This document shows positions 1 through 10,087 of a stretch of DNA of 60,792 bases, piece by piece. Origin of the DNA: a virus. Lineage: Duplodnaviria > Caudoviricetes. The notes under the pieces were generated by a model. It did no database searches, was not told the DNA's origin, and saw nothing but the letters and a program-made list of their open reading frames with translations. The position numbers were made by a program, and so were the translations under genes. Location: IMG/VR virus record IMGVR_UViG_3300009136_000005, positions 1 to 60,792 of that record, one strand, 5' to 3'. How positions within the stretch are numbered: the first letter of the stretch is position 1; every line of letters starts with the position of its first letter.

Positions 1-1
1 T

Positions 2-31
2 GCAATTTATATTTGGCAGAGAACAGCATAA
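2..31 (+). CDS. 3' end of upstream structural gene (partial), paralog of the next gene
   Basis: Frame 2 reads AIYIWQRTA*, matching the C-terminus ALYMWERTA* of 31..1125; TAATG stop/start overlap. Confidence 0.7.
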   Translation, partial: AIYIWQRTA

Positions 32-1125
32 TGACTACACTTTACGTAATTTCACATACAGATACTGCATTAGATGACATTGTTATCAATAGAACAACAG
101 AAAATGTTGATACAAATTTAAGCTTATATGGTTCGGGTAGAATTGAATATGGTGAAGGATGGGATACTAACTTTCTTCATCTTCTAGAAAATTTTTCAAG
201 TACAGGATTGCAAGCAGGAAGTCCTCTTGCATATGAACCAGATCCAACTTACTTTGATAAAGCAAAAGTGCAAATTGGACAAACTTGGTATAATAAATCA
301 ATTGATAAATTGATGGTATATGATGGATCGTCTTGGATTATTAATGGGCGAGTTTCATCAGGTCCTCAAGCACCAACTGGAAAACAGATTGGTGATTTGT
401 GGTTTGATACTAACGTATCAGGATTAAAAGCATTAGCATCTACTGGACCGGATGTTTGGACAGGAACATCCGCTGACGCTGTCCTTCGAGCCGGTGATAC
501 AATGACTGGTTTGCTTGTATTGAGTGGCGATCCTGTCGCTGCGCTTGGTGCAGCAACAAAACAATATGTTGATACCATGGTTCCGCTTGCTGGTGGGACA
601 ATGGATGCTTCAGCAGATATTACTTTTGCCGGAGGTGGTGAAGTTCTTGGATTACCAGCATCTCCTTCAGCAACTGGCGCTACTTCAAAAGAATATGTTG
701 ATACGACAGCACTCGCAGCATTTTTACTTGTCGCTCATCCTGTTGGATCAATTTACACATCAAGAAGTGCTACAAATCCTGGATCTCTGTTTGGAGGCAC
801 GTGGTCAGCGATTGCACAAAACCAAGTTGTCATCGGTGCAGGTGGGTTGTATGCCGTAGACGCTACGGGTGGATCTAAAGATGCTATCGTCGTAACACAC
901 AGTCACGGAGTCACAGATCCTACTCACAGACATTCTTTTACAGCTCAACAAAACATTGGTGGCTACACCGATAACGGTGGCGCACCTGACCAAAGAAGTA
1001 CAGCACAATCACGCAATACTGGTTATGCATCAACTGGCATTTCTATTAATAATGCAGGTTCAAGTGGTACTGATGCAAACTTGCCGCCTTACTATGCATT
1101 GTATATGTGGGAGAGAACAGCATAA
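31..1125 (+). CDS. Baseplate wedge/short tail fibre-like structural protein (T4 gp10 C-terminal-like domain)
   Basis: ATG at 31 via TAATG coupling; N-terminal L-x-G-x-G-x-x-x-YGE...N-x-x-H-x-x-ENF domain shared with the next two genes; ATKQYVD fibre motifs; C-terminal HPVGSIY...NP...GGTW...NLPPY...WERTA. Confidence 0.75.
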   Translation: MTTLYVISHTDTALDDIVINRTTENVDTNLSLYGSGRIEYGEGWDTNFLHLLENFSSTGLQAGSPLAYEPDPTYFDKAKVQIGQTWYNKSIDKLMVYDGSSWIINGRVSSGPQAPTGKQIGDLWFDTNVSGLKALASTGPDVWTGTSADAVLRAGDTMTGLLVLSGDPVAALGAATKQYVDTMVPLAGGTMDASADITFAGGGEVLGLPASPSATGATSKEYVDTTALAAFLLVAHPVGSIYTSRSATNPGSLFGGTWSAIAQNQVVIGAGGLYAVDATGGSKDAIVVTHSHGVTDPTHRHSFTAQQNIGGYTDNGGAPDQRSTAQSRNTGYASTGISINNAGSSGTDANLPPYYALYMWERTA

Positions 1126-3656
1126 TGGCTACATTAGATCAATACATCGTTAATCTTACCGATCCGTCAACAACTTCTTTTGCTGTTAGTCCTTATACGA
1201 CTAACGGACGGACTTTTCCTATCTCAACTGCATTGGATGCACAAGCAATTAGTGCTTCAACATCAATCCTGTTGTATGGTAAAGGTTCGGACAACTACGG
1301 TGAACGAATTCAAGAAAATATAATTCATGTTATGGAAAACTTTTCAGGTGCGACTGCGCCTTTGATTCCAATATCAGGGCAGTTGTGGTTCTCACGAAGA
1401 GAATATTGGAGAGTCGGAGCATCATTTGTATTTTGGGTATGGGATGATACAACAGGAGTGTGGATTAGTTTAGGAACAGTTCCAGATTTTCCTGCAGCGC
1501 CAACTATAAGCGCAGATGGTGCATATTATTTTAATACATCAAGCCAACTTCTTTTTCGTGGAATATTAGACGTAAATCACCCAATGAATCTTCAATGGGT
1601 TCAAGTTAATTTTACCACAGATACTCTCGCTCCAACAACTTCAGATGCACCCGAAAAAATATTTAAAGTTTATGATGGTGAAAACTGGGTTACTGCTTCA
1701 AGTACTGCTTGGGCATCAGCTACACCACCAACGTCTCCAGATGTAGGTGACTTATGGTACGATACTGAACCTTCAGGCGATCCATGGGATAGTAACCAAT
1801 TAAGAGTATGGAGTGGAACTGAATGGGTTTCATCTGGTGGTAACTATGTTTTGAGAACTGGCGATAGCATGACAGGTGATCTTGTTTTCGGTAGTGGTCT
1901 TGGATTATCAGGCGATCCTGTTTCTGGTTCTCCAGTTACGGGCGGAACGATACACGTAAGTGGCAATGGACTTTATTGGGAAGTCGCACCTGGTTCTGGA
2001 GCAACTTCGTTTGCAATTACTGGTGGCGTACTCGATATGTCAACAAATCAAATTAAAAATGTTGTTAATCCGACAGCAGCACAAGATGCTGCAACTAAAC
2101 AATATGTTGATACTGCTTTCGGTAGTGGTGTTAGTTCGTTGGGCGGCTTAAGTGATGTTACTCTTACAGCACCAACAAATAAACAAATATTAAATTTTGT
2201 ACAAGGTGGAAGTCCTGAAGTGTGGGTGAACGTTGATTTGGAAGCAGCTAATGTCACTGTAGTTCAAACAACTGGTTTCAGTCCTCCTGGAACAATTTCT
2301 TCTATTAATGTTCAAGATGCACTTGAAGAACTTGACACAGAAAAATTAGCACTGGCAGGTGGAACAATGGACGCAGCAGCGAACGTTACTTTCTCCGCTG
2401 GTGGTGAAGTTCTTGGATTACCTGCTGTCCCATCAGCAACTGGTGCTGCTTCAAAAGAATACGTTGATGCAGCAGGTGCTGGTAGTGGTGATGGTGTTCT
2501 TAATTCAGCTTCATATGACAGTGTATCACAGTTTTTAAATCTTACAACAACTGCGGTACCATCTGGATCGCCTTTGTCGCCCCCATCCAATAACTTTTTT
2601 GTTGATTTAACTCACACACATCTATCAGTCACTATTGATCATGGATTTGGTTCGGCTCCGCTTCGTGATGCGTTCCCGCAAGCAAGTGGAAGTCCTCTAC
2701 CACTATCAACTGTAACAGTTTCAGGTGCAATTGAAGAATTAGCAGATAATGTTAGAGATTTACATTCAGCATCTGTTGATACACAAAACATATTCCAACA
2801 AATTTTCAGACCTGTTGTTGATACAGCAGACTTTGTTGTTGATCCTAACAGCAGCTTCATTGCTGGATACAACAGATTGTTTGTATCAGTAAATGGTGTT
2901 AAGCAATATGTTGATGAGCGAGGTTTTCAAGGAATTAAATTAGTTGATGGTGCAAACATTTCAGCTTCATCTTCTACTGGATTAACAAGTGGAACATATT
3001 CATTTACTGTTGCAGTTGATGGTGGTGGTGCTCAAACAGTTACGGTTGGTTTCGCCGCAGTTGAAACAGTTCAAGAAATTGTTGACGAAATAAACTCACA
3101 AGTAACTGGTGTTGTTTCTGTATACGATAAGCGATCTAATCAAATTTTGATATATTCTGATACTGTCGGAAATTTATCTGGGGTTGTAATAACAGACGTT
3201 GATTTATTTTCAACATTAGCTGCACAGACAGATACAACGTATGCTATAGTAGCAGTTGACACAACACTAAATACATTTACGCTTAGTGGAGATGCGCCAG
3301 ATATATTTGATGAAGGGAATAAATTTACAGTTTCTGGTTCAACCGGAAATGATGGTAATTATACTGTAATAGACAAAAACGTAGACGGTAGTCCGTTATT
3401 AACTGTAATTACAGTTGAGCGAGACATAACAGATGCAACAGTTGATGGTGTTCTTACACCTACACTTGTTTCCTTACCGATAACGAATGGTGACTTCTTC
3501 CCAGCATCCACAAGCCAGATAACAGCTGACAATGCATATTATGAAGTTGTAGGTGGATCACCTTATACAGTTGCAAAATTCGGAGAGCCTGGAACTGGTG
3601 TTGTATTTAACACAGCAGTTACTGCAGGCGCCGTTGTAGAAATATTAACAAGCTAA
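1125..3656 (+). CDS. Virion structural/tail fibre-associated protein
   Basis: TAATG coupling at 1123-1127; shared YGE...ENF domain, GDLWYD, DAATKQYVD, LGGLSDVTLT fibre motifs, VSVNGVKQ; 6 GSP motifs. Confidence 0.7.
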   Translation: MATLDQYIVNLTDPSTTSFAVSPYTTNGRTFPISTALDAQAISASTSILLYGKGSDNYGERIQENIIHVMENFSGATAPLIPISGQLWFSRREYWRVGASFVFWVWDDTTGVWISLGTVPDFPAAPTISADGAYYFNTSSQLLFRGILDVNHPMNLQWVQVNFTTDTLAPTTSDAPEKIFKVYDGENWVTASSTAWASATPPTSPDVGDLWYDTEPSGDPWDSNQLRVWSGTEWVSSGGNYVLRTGDSMTGDLVFGSGLGLSGDPVSGSPVTGGTIHVSGNGLYWEVAPGSGATSFAITGGVLDMSTNQIKNVVNPTAAQDAATKQYVDTAFGSGVSSLGGLSDVTLTAPTNKQILNFVQGGSPEVWVNVDLEAANVTVVQTTGFSPPGTISSINVQDALEELDTEKLALAGGTMDAAANVTFSAGGEVLGLPAVPSATGAASKEYVDAAGAGSGDGVLNSASYDSVSQFLNLTTTAVPSGSPLSPPSNNFFVDLTHTHLSVTIDHGFGSAPLRDAFPQASGSPLPLSTVTVSGAIEELADNVRDLHSASVDTQNIFQQIFRPVVDTADFVVDPNSSFIAGYNRLFVSVNGVKQYVDERGFQGIKLVDGANISASSSTGLTSGTYSFTVAVDGGGAQTVTVGFAAVETVQEIVDEINSQVTGVVSVYDKRSNQILIYSDTVGNLSGVVITDVDLFSTLAAQTDTTYAIVAVDTTLNTFTLSGDAPDIFDEGNKFTVSGSTGNDGNYTVIDKNVDGSPLLTVITVERDITDATVDGVLTPTLVSLPITNGDFFPASTSQITADNAYYEVVGGSPYTVAKFGEPGTGVVFNTAVTAGAVVEILTS

Positions 3657-3668
3657 TAGGATTATAAA

Positions 3669-5924
3669 ATGGCAGCAAATTATGACATAACATTTTCAGC
3701 AGGATCACCAAGCTTTACAATTTATCCTTTGGAAGCGAACGGGCCAAATAATGTTTCCGTTCCTCGACAGATCGCAGCAATAACTGCTGGTGGTGCAGGA
3801 TCGGGTGTGTTTGAACTTAATGGTGATATGACTTATCGCTTCGTCGCAACGTTTACATTCACAGTCGCAAATTCCAGTCTTACTGGAAGTCCACCTGTTG
3901 GATTAAATGATGGTACATATACAGTAAAGGCTGGTGGAAGTACATATAGTGCTGGAACAAACAGAACAACTATTCCTGTCGACGAAGCTGTTACATCTGA
4001 TGCAGTACCATTTGGAACAATCCAATATTCTATTCCAGCATCTGAAGAAGCAACTTCATTACTTTTGCCAGGCCGTGGATTTATAAATTACGGAGAAGCT
4101 CACACAAATAGTTTTGTTCACCTGTTGGAAAATTTTGCAAGCACTTCTCAACCAGATAACCCAATATTAGGACAACATTGGTTTGACACTAGTACAAATA
4201 TAATGAAAGTATTTGGTGGTGGCAGTCCAGCATTTGTCAACACCGGCCTTCAGAATATAGTAGAAGACTTAACACCACAGCTTGGTGGAACTCTTGATGT
4301 AAATACTTTTGGCATCGTAGGTGCACCGGCAGCAAATGCAACAAGCGATGGTGGTAACATTACGTTAACTGGCGCAGACGGCGGCACATCAGGGCTTAAT
4401 TATGGTGGCGCTATTACTTTACAAGGCGGAATGAGCAACGAAGTAAGACCAGGCGGTAAAATAAATATTTTAGCTGGCCCTGGCGATGCCACTTATGGCT
4501 TTGGTTATGGTGGCGTAATTGATATAATCGGCGGCGAGGCTCCTTACGCTGGCGGCGACGTTAATGTAACTGGCGGACTTCAGCTAGTAGCTTATTCCGG
4601 CAGCCGCGGCGGCGACGTTAAACTAACTGGCGGTGCTGGCCCAGGAAGCAGTAGCCGCGGCGGACATGTTGAGCTTAGAGGCGCTACCGCTGCGCAACAC
4701 GGTGGTGATATAAAATTATACGGTGGCGCTAGCGGTGGCACACGAGAGGGCGGCGAAATTATACTTACATCTGGCGCAGGTAGCACAACTGGCGGCGGCG
4801 GCCCTGTTACAATAACATCTGGCGCAGGTGGCGCAACATCCGGCATAGGCGGCGACGTAGATATTACATCTGGCGCTGGTGGCGGGCAAGCAGACGGTGG
4901 CGCAATCAATCTGAGTGCCGGCGATGCTGGCTCAGGCAGTGGCTATCGCGATGGCGGTGCTATTACTATTACTGCTGGTTCTCGCAATGAAACAGATTAC
5001 GGCAACGGCGGCAACATTTCATTAACTGGTGGCGCCGCGGATTATATATTCTCTAACGGTGGCAATGTCAGCCTCAAGGGCGGAGACAACCCTCATCAAG
5101 GAAGTGGCGCGCAAGCAGGACATATCACTATCGACGGCGGTGATGGATATGAAGGTGGTTCAGTTGATATCACTGGTGGCGAAGGAACTGTTGCCAACGG
5201 GAATGCTGGCAGTGTTACACTTCGAGGCGGCGAAGGTGGTCTCAGTAACTCAGCTGGTAGCGCAAATCTTTTTGGTGCAGGCGGCACACTCTCAGCGACC
5301 CCAGGCGACGTCAGCTTGGGTGGTGGCGCCGTTAGCGGCGCTGGACCTGGTCCAGGCGGAAACACATCAATATTCAGTGGTAATGGTAATCTTACTCAAT
5401 CAGCCGGAACATTATCAATAACCGCCGGTAGTGTGACTGCTGGTGCAGGTACCGGCGCTGGTGGCGATGTAGCAATTACATCAGGTGACGGTGGATTAAC
5501 ATCAGGTGATGCTGGTGATATTACTTTAACGCCAGGTGCAGCAGTATCTGGCGAAGCTGGAGCGATTGTAATTGCACAAACAACAGCTCCATCTGTCACA
5601 ACAGACAAACTATACAACGTGTCCGGCGCACTTACATGGAACGGCATAGACCTAACGGTAGCCACGCATCCAGATTATGACGCTCAATCAGGATCAGATG
5701 GTGGTGGATCGCCAGACGTGTTTACAACAGCATTTAGTTTTAGCACACCAGCAGCAGGAAAAGTATCGTTACAAGTTTTTGTCAACGGTGTTAAACAAAA
5801 AGAAGCGTCAGGTGGTAGCCCAGTTGATGGATCGTATTCAATTACTGCTCCAACTACTGTTACCTTCCTTGCTGGAAGCGGCGTACAACCAACCGATGAC
5901 GTAGAATTTTACGGATTTGGTTAA
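3669..5924 (+). CDS. Gly-rich tail fibre/spike protein
   Basis: RBS AGGA; YGE...ENF domain, TPQLGGTLDVN motif, long GGx(V/I)x(I/L)xGG repeats, C-terminal VFVNGVKQ; paralog of 39374..41611. Confidence 0.75.
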   Translation: MAANYDITFSAGSPSFTIYPLEANGPNNVSVPRQIAAITAGGAGSGVFELNGDMTYRFVATFTFTVANSSLTGSPPVGLNDGTYTVKAGGSTYSAGTNRTTIPVDEAVTSDAVPFGTIQYSIPASEEATSLLLPGRGFINYGEAHTNSFVHLLENFASTSQPDNPILGQHWFDTSTNIMKVFGGGSPAFVNTGLQNIVEDLTPQLGGTLDVNTFGIVGAPAANATSDGGNITLTGADGGTSGLNYGGAITLQGGMSNEVRPGGKINILAGPGDATYGFGYGGVIDIIGGEAPYAGGDVNVTGGLQLVAYSGSRGGDVKLTGGAGPGSSSRGGHVELRGATAAQHGGDIKLYGGASGGTREGGEIILTSGAGSTTGGGGPVTITSGAGGATSGIGGDVDITSGAGGGQADGGAINLSAGDAGSGSGYRDGGAITITAGSRNETDYGNGGNISLTGGAADYIFSNGGNVSLKGGDNPHQGSGAQAGHITIDGGDGYEGGSVDITGGEGTVANGNAGSVTLRGGEGGLSNSAGSANLFGAGGTLSATPGDVSLGGGAVSGAGPGPGGNTSIFSGNGNLTQSAGTLSITAGSVTAGAGTGAGGDVAITSGDGGLTSGDAGDITLTPGAAVSGEAGAIVIAQTTAPSVTTDKLYNVSGALTWNGIDLTVATHPDYDAQSGSDGGGSPDVFTTAFSFSTPAAGKVSLQVFVNGVKQKEASGGSPVDGSYSITAPTTVTFLAGSGVQPTDDVEFYGFG

Positions 5925-5936
5925 TAGGAGAATATA

Positions 5937-6710
5937 ATGGCACAACCACCAATTCAAAGTTTTCAAATATCACCAGGAACTGGAACATCGTTTCCAGTTA
6001 GTCCTTCGGTCGGTAATCAATTTTTATTAACTGCTGATATTGCTTCTGGTTCTCCGCTTGTCGCAACTTATCTTGCTGGAAATTATGTGTGGGATGGAGC
6101 CGAATGGATATCACGTCCATCAAGTTCAGCGAGTAACTGGGGTTGGAATGATTTAAGAGGACACATTGATGTTAATACAGCCGTGCCAGGAACTGCTCCT
6201 GACTGGGAAATCGTTAGAGATAATGTTTTTGCTTGGGCATTTGCTCCCGCAAGTCTTGAACAAGCATACGTATCGTTTCATTTTAATCACGATTACGTGC
6301 CAGGAACTGATATTTATCCACACCTTCATTGGACACACAATGATGCATCACCAGGAAGTACAAGTGTACGGTGGGTAATGGAATATACTATCGCTCGTGG
6401 ATATGAATTTGAAGCATTCCCTGCAACCACTACTATCACATTAGATGATGCTGTTGCTGGACAATATATACATCACATAAGAGAAGGAACACCAAATGAA
6501 ACTGGAGGCTCGCCACCAATATCAACTATAATTGATGGGACAAACATTGAAGCTGATACTATGGTGTTGATGAGAATATATCGTGATGGAGCTGCAACAG
6601 AAGATGATTTCGCATCTGATGCTTTTCTTTTAGAAGTTGATTTGCACTATCAATCCTATGTACAATCTGTAACGCCTGAAAGAAACCGTCCGTTTACAAT
6701 CTTCCCATAA
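5937..6710 (+). CDS. Putative virion structural protein
   Basis: AGGAG RBS, last gene of the structural run; FP-x-SP-x-x-G...Y-x-WDG-x-x-W N-terminal motif typical of phage fibre proteins; 2 GSP motifs. Confidence 0.55.
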   Translation: MAQPPIQSFQISPGTGTSFPVSPSVGNQFLLTADIASGSPLVATYLAGNYVWDGAEWISRPSSSASNWGWNDLRGHIDVNTAVPGTAPDWEIVRDNVFAWAFAPASLEQAYVSFHFNHDYVPGTDIYPHLHWTHNDASPGSTSVRWVMEYTIARGYEFEAFPATTTITLDDAVAGQYIHHIREGTPNETGGSPPISTIIDGTNIEADTMVLMRIYRDGAATEDDFASDAFLLEVDLHYQSYVQSVTPERNRPFTIFP

Positions 6711-6713
6711 CAG

Positions 6714-6742
6714 TTGATTTACCGTAATTGTTAGTGTATAAT
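6714..6742 (+). promoter_or_regulatory. sigma70-like promoter, near-leaderless transcript
   Basis: TTGATT-17bp-TATAAT; ATG 8 nt downstream with no SD. Confidence 0.65.
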
Positions 6743-6750
6743 ATCCGCTT

Positions 6751-7326
6751 ATGGATATTGACATTGATTTTCCCTCTGACTTTGACCCACTTGATTACTT
6801 TGATCAAGCGGTCAAGGCGTCGATGGTTAAGAAAGGCGTATTAGGGAAACATCCTTGTGGTGCATATCTTCAAAACATACCAACAGACAAGATAACAGGG
6901 TTATCGGCAATTCCATATGAACAAGCAGAAGAGTTAGGTTATTTTAAAATCGACTTTCTTCATTTGTCTCTTCTTGATAATTTTGAAAGCAAAGATCAGA
7001 TTCGTAAACTCGTAAAGATAGAACCAGACTGGAATTTGTTACAAGACGAGAAGAACGTTGAAAAGTTATTCCAAATTCATAGACACCACAACATTCTTGT
7101 TGAGGTTAAACCAACATCTGTTCAAGAGTTAGCTGATTGTATATCACTTATACGACCAGGCAAGAAGCATCTTCTCAACGGATACTCAAAAAATAAACAA
7201 GTTGTTAGACAAGAACTATATAAAAATCCTGGTGACGATCAATACTATTTTAAGAAGAGTCATGCAATCGCGTATGCTCTGACAATTGTATTACAACTAC
7301 ATTTAATTAAAGGTGGAATAATATGA
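6751..7326 (+). CDS. Minimal DNA polymerase III alpha (DnaE/C-family) catalytic-core-like protein
   Basis: DIDIDF, KHPCG, GYFKIDFL, LFQ, LIRPG and YYFKKSHAIAYA motifs in the DnaE palm/fingers order, in only 191 aa. Confidence 0.8.
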   Translation: MDIDIDFPSDFDPLDYFDQAVKASMVKKGVLGKHPCGAYLQNIPTDKITGLSAIPYEQAEELGYFKIDFLHLSLLDNFESKDQIRKLVKIEPDWNLLQDEKNVEKLFQIHRHHNILVEVKPTSVQELADCISLIRPGKKHLLNGYSKNKQVVRQELYKNPGDDQYYFKKSHAIAYALTIVLQLHLIKGGII

Positions 7327-7344
7327 AACGAGTAGGAGATTAAG

Positions 7345-7917
7345 ATGCATTATCATCAGAATCATATGTGGTGCAGTCGTTCCAATTGGGATGGTAAACA
7401 CTTCGATACGTCATACATGATCAGTATTGACAAGTATGAGCAACGGTCAGCATTTCCATCTTATTCAGTTCCTGATGAAGATTGGGAGAATTTGATTGAA
7501 TTCATCCCCGAAGTTTGGATTCAAGAGGAATACGATCGTTGTATGGAGAGCTGTGCCAAAAGATCCGTCGAAGATCCAGAACGAGATAATCAATGGGACG
7601 AACTGTTTGCTGAGGGACAAGCTAAACAGCTCAACGTACCACAACTAAAACCAGAAGTAATAGATTGGCTCAATGAAAATGTGAACGATGATCCTAAACC
7701 ATATAACCAATGTGCTAAGGGATGGTGCATGGGGAATGATGGATATAGAGCATCTGACAGTCATTCAAATCTATGTCTCTTCTTTTATCGGCGTAGTGAC
7801 GCAATGGCTTTCGTTAAACAATGGTCTGTCCACAAGAAGCCGACCACATATCTTAATTACTTTAAGGACATTCGCAAAGAATTGATTGGTGGTAAACTTG
7901 TACAAATTGAAAGATAG
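7345..7917 (+). CDS. Hypothetical protein
   Basis: AGGAG RBS, 190-aa ORF. Confidence 0.7.
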   Translation: MHYHQNHMWCSRSNWDGKHFDTSYMISIDKYEQRSAFPSYSVPDEDWENLIEFIPEVWIQEEYDRCMESCAKRSVEDPERDNQWDELFAEGQAKQLNVPQLKPEVIDWLNENVNDDPKPYNQCAKGWCMGNDGYRASDSHSNLCLFFYRRSDAMAFVKQWSVHKKPTTYLNYFKDIRKELIGGKLVQIER

Positions 7918-7941
7918 AAGAAGCAAAACATAAATAGGTAC

Positions 7942-8304
7942 ATGAAGATATTAGAAGCAGAAATTTTACCTACCGTTCGATTGACTAACACTCAAAAAGA
8001 AGTTATGACACGAATTATTGCAGCGCCGACAGAGAAGTTAGCTGCTGAGCAAATAATGGATGGTAGAAATATGATTGCTGCTCGTGATATTCTTATCGAT
8101 CTTCGTTTAATTGTAGCCGATCACAAAGCTGCTGTAGTTACGCCAGAAGGCGAACAAGTAATGAAGGACTACAACCTACTTGATGAACAAGGACAATTGA
8201 CTGACGAAGGAACTACTTACGCTTACGACGAAGAAGATCAACCTGTCGCAACCGAATCTTTGATTCAGCACATAAACAAATTATCTAACCGCTTTTTAGT
8301 TTAA
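7942..8304 (+). CDS. Late hypothetical protein (possible head/internal protein)
   Basis: ATAAATA at 7930-7936, 5 nt before ATG; N-terminus MKILE. Confidence 0.6.
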   Translation: MKILEAEILPTVRLTNTQKEVMTRIIAAPTEKLAAEQIMDGRNMIAARDILIDLRLIVADHKAAVVTPEGEQVMKDYNLLDEQGQLTDEGTTYAYDEEDQPVATESLIQHINKLSNRFLV

Positions 8305-8751
8305 ATTAACTACTTTCTTGTTGACTTCCATTCCTGGTGGGACTAACTTTCTTCGTCTCCGTTTGACGCTTTTGACTGTATCCATCGGATATTTCAACAA
8401 CGGACCGATTACTCTTGTAACAAAATCGACTTTATACGAACGTAATATTTTGGACGTCTCACTTGTCACTCCCCGCTTCGAAAACTCAACCGAAATAGGG
8501 TATCTATCTCCACTTTCCTGATACCATTCAGCAGCAATCGCTATAACAATTTCTTCATTTACTTTTTCAGGACCACACAGATCTAATACAAATGCTTCGA
8601 TAGATTTTTCCGAAGCATTGTCAATAATCGCAAGGATATGCTCGTTTCTGTGTTGAATCAACGTGATAAATGGATATCCATCATAATCAGCTGGATGTGG
8701 TTCGACTATAAGTGGAACTGGATTCGCGCGTTTCGATCTCTTTGTTGTCAT
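8296..8751 (-). CDS. Hypothetical protein with basic C-terminus
   Basis: AAGGA RBS and ATAAATA motif upstream on minus strand. Confidence 0.7.
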   Translation of the reverse strand: MTTKRSKRANPVPLIVEPHPADYDGYPFITLIQHRNEHILAIIDNASEKSIEAFVLDLCGPEKVNEEIVIAIAAEWYQESGDRYPISVEFSKRGVTSETSKILRSYKVDFVTRVIGPLLKYPMDTVKSVKRRRRKLVPPGMEVNKKVVNLN

Positions 8752-8834
8752 ATGTTATATTCCTTAATACTCTTATTTATCGTTCTATAAATCGTCGTAT
8801 CATAAATATACTAATACGCGTTTAGGAGAGACTT

Positions 8835-9524
8835 ATGGCCGATCAGTTGTCATTTAAAGATTATTTAAAAAAGACCGTTCTTCAAGAAGAGCAAATCCCA
8901 TCTGTGTGGGATAAAAAAGTAAAGAATGTTGTTTCACAAGAAGACGAAGAAATAACAGCAACATGTCCCGAATGTAAAGGTGATGGTCAGCGATATGGTG
9001 ATCTTTGCCCAACTTGTGATGGTCATGGTGAAGTTAAAAAGTCAAAAGTTGACAAATATCACCAGCACGATTCACGCGGAATGGATCCTCGTGACGATGA
9101 AGAATACGACGAAGACGAAGAAGTGGATGAAGTTGATATGGATGAAGATGATCCAGATGTTAATATGGATCAAGCAGAAGATGAAGATTACGATGACGAG
9201 TTTAATGATCCCGAAACAATGGACGATGAAGATGCAAATCTTGATGATGAAGAACCAGAAGACCCAAATAAAATGGGGGTCATTCGTAAAGTAGATAATG
9301 CCCATCTCGTATACAAACGCCAAGACGAAGAAGGAACATTCGAAGAACTTTGGATGTATCATATTGGTGAAGTTGTTGATGATGAACTCGATATTCGACG
9401 TAATATCCTTGCAGGTACAGACATTCCAGCAGGATCAATGAAATCAGAAGATGGTACCCAATTCATGACATTATGGACAACTGGAAACATTCAAATGTTA
9501 AATATCAAAGGGTTGCCTAATTAA
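8835..9524 (+). CDS. Acidic protein with DnaJ-type Zn-finger repeats
   Basis: CPECKGDG and CPTCDGHG, long D/E tract; AGGAG RBS; ATAAATA at 8802-8808. Confidence 0.7.
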   Translation: MADQLSFKDYLKKTVLQEEQIPSVWDKKVKNVVSQEDEEITATCPECKGDGQRYGDLCPTCDGHGEVKKSKVDKYHQHDSRGMDPRDDEEYDEDEEVDEVDMDEDDPDVNMDQAEDEDYDDEFNDPETMDDEDANLDDEEPEDPNKMGVIRKVDNAHLVYKRQDEEGTFEELWMYHIGEVVDDELDIRRNILAGTDIPAGSMKSEDGTQFMTLWTTGNIQMLNIKGLPN

Positions 9525-9529
9525 CCCTG

Positions 9530-9558
9530 TTGATTTTCCCTCATAAATCCTCTATAAT
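9530..9558 (+). promoter_or_regulatory. sigma70-like promoter
   Basis: TTGATT-17bp-TATAAT. Confidence 0.6.
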
Positions 9559-9583
9559 ATAAGAATAATATGAGGAAGAATTT

Positions 9584-9811
9584 ATGGCTAACAATTATAC
9601 CGAAATCGAAGCTGACAAGTGGGGAACCATGTCACTTAGTGATTTATACGAACAATTATCTATTATGCGAGGTCGAGCATTAACAGCAAGCTCGATGAAT
9701 AGCAATCAAATGTTACGACAGATTAATGTTGGTATCAAACAACTTGAAGCCGTCATCGCAGATAGATCAAAAGGCGATACTACTATAACAGTGGACGGGA
9801 TAAAGAAATGA
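9584..9811 (+). CDS. Hypothetical protein
   Basis: GAGG RBS; overlaps next gene by ATGA. Confidence 0.65.
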   Translation: MANNYTEIEADKWGTMSLSDLYEQLSIMRGRALTASSMNSNQMLRQINVGIKQLEAVIADRSKGDTTITVDGIKK

Positions 9812-10086
9812 GTCCTGGCAACGACATCACGATTAATGATCCAGTCCACCTTACATACGACAAGCTCGAAACAAATGACCTTTCCTTATCTGATCGTGTA
9901 TTAATTGAAGCAAAACGATTAGCAACTGTTTCAAAAGAATTAAATCAAAAAATTCAACTAGCAAAAACAAAACCAAAGAAAGACTATTTTACGAAAAAAC
10001 TCAAAAAGAATAATGATATTCTTGGAGACATGTTAATTAAATTAAACAAATTACATCATATAGAAGATAATAAAAAAGAGAAATAA
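9808..10086 (+). CDS. Hypothetical basic coiled-coil protein
   Basis: Translationally coupled ORF. Confidence 0.6.
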   Translation: MSPGNDITINDPVHLTYDKLETNDLSLSDRVLIEAKRLATVSKELNQKIQLAKTKPKKDYFTKKLKKNNDILGDMLIKLNKLHHIEDNKKEK

Positions 10087-10087
10087 T

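Noticed and set aside
13-1125. ORF-track starts at 13 and 1107 (MAENSIM/MGENSIM)
   Set aside because: These are alternative-frame readings of the preceding WxRTA* ends; the true starts are the TAATG-coupled ATGs at 31 and 1125.
4592-5665. Antisense Pro-rich ORFs (also 39783-41351 and 45854-49858)
   Set aside because: Shadows of Gly-rich sense genes (GGN read as NCC); no RBS or promoter.
9072-9362. Hydrophobic antisense ORF
   Set aside because: Complement of the Asp/Glu-rich tract of 8835..9524.
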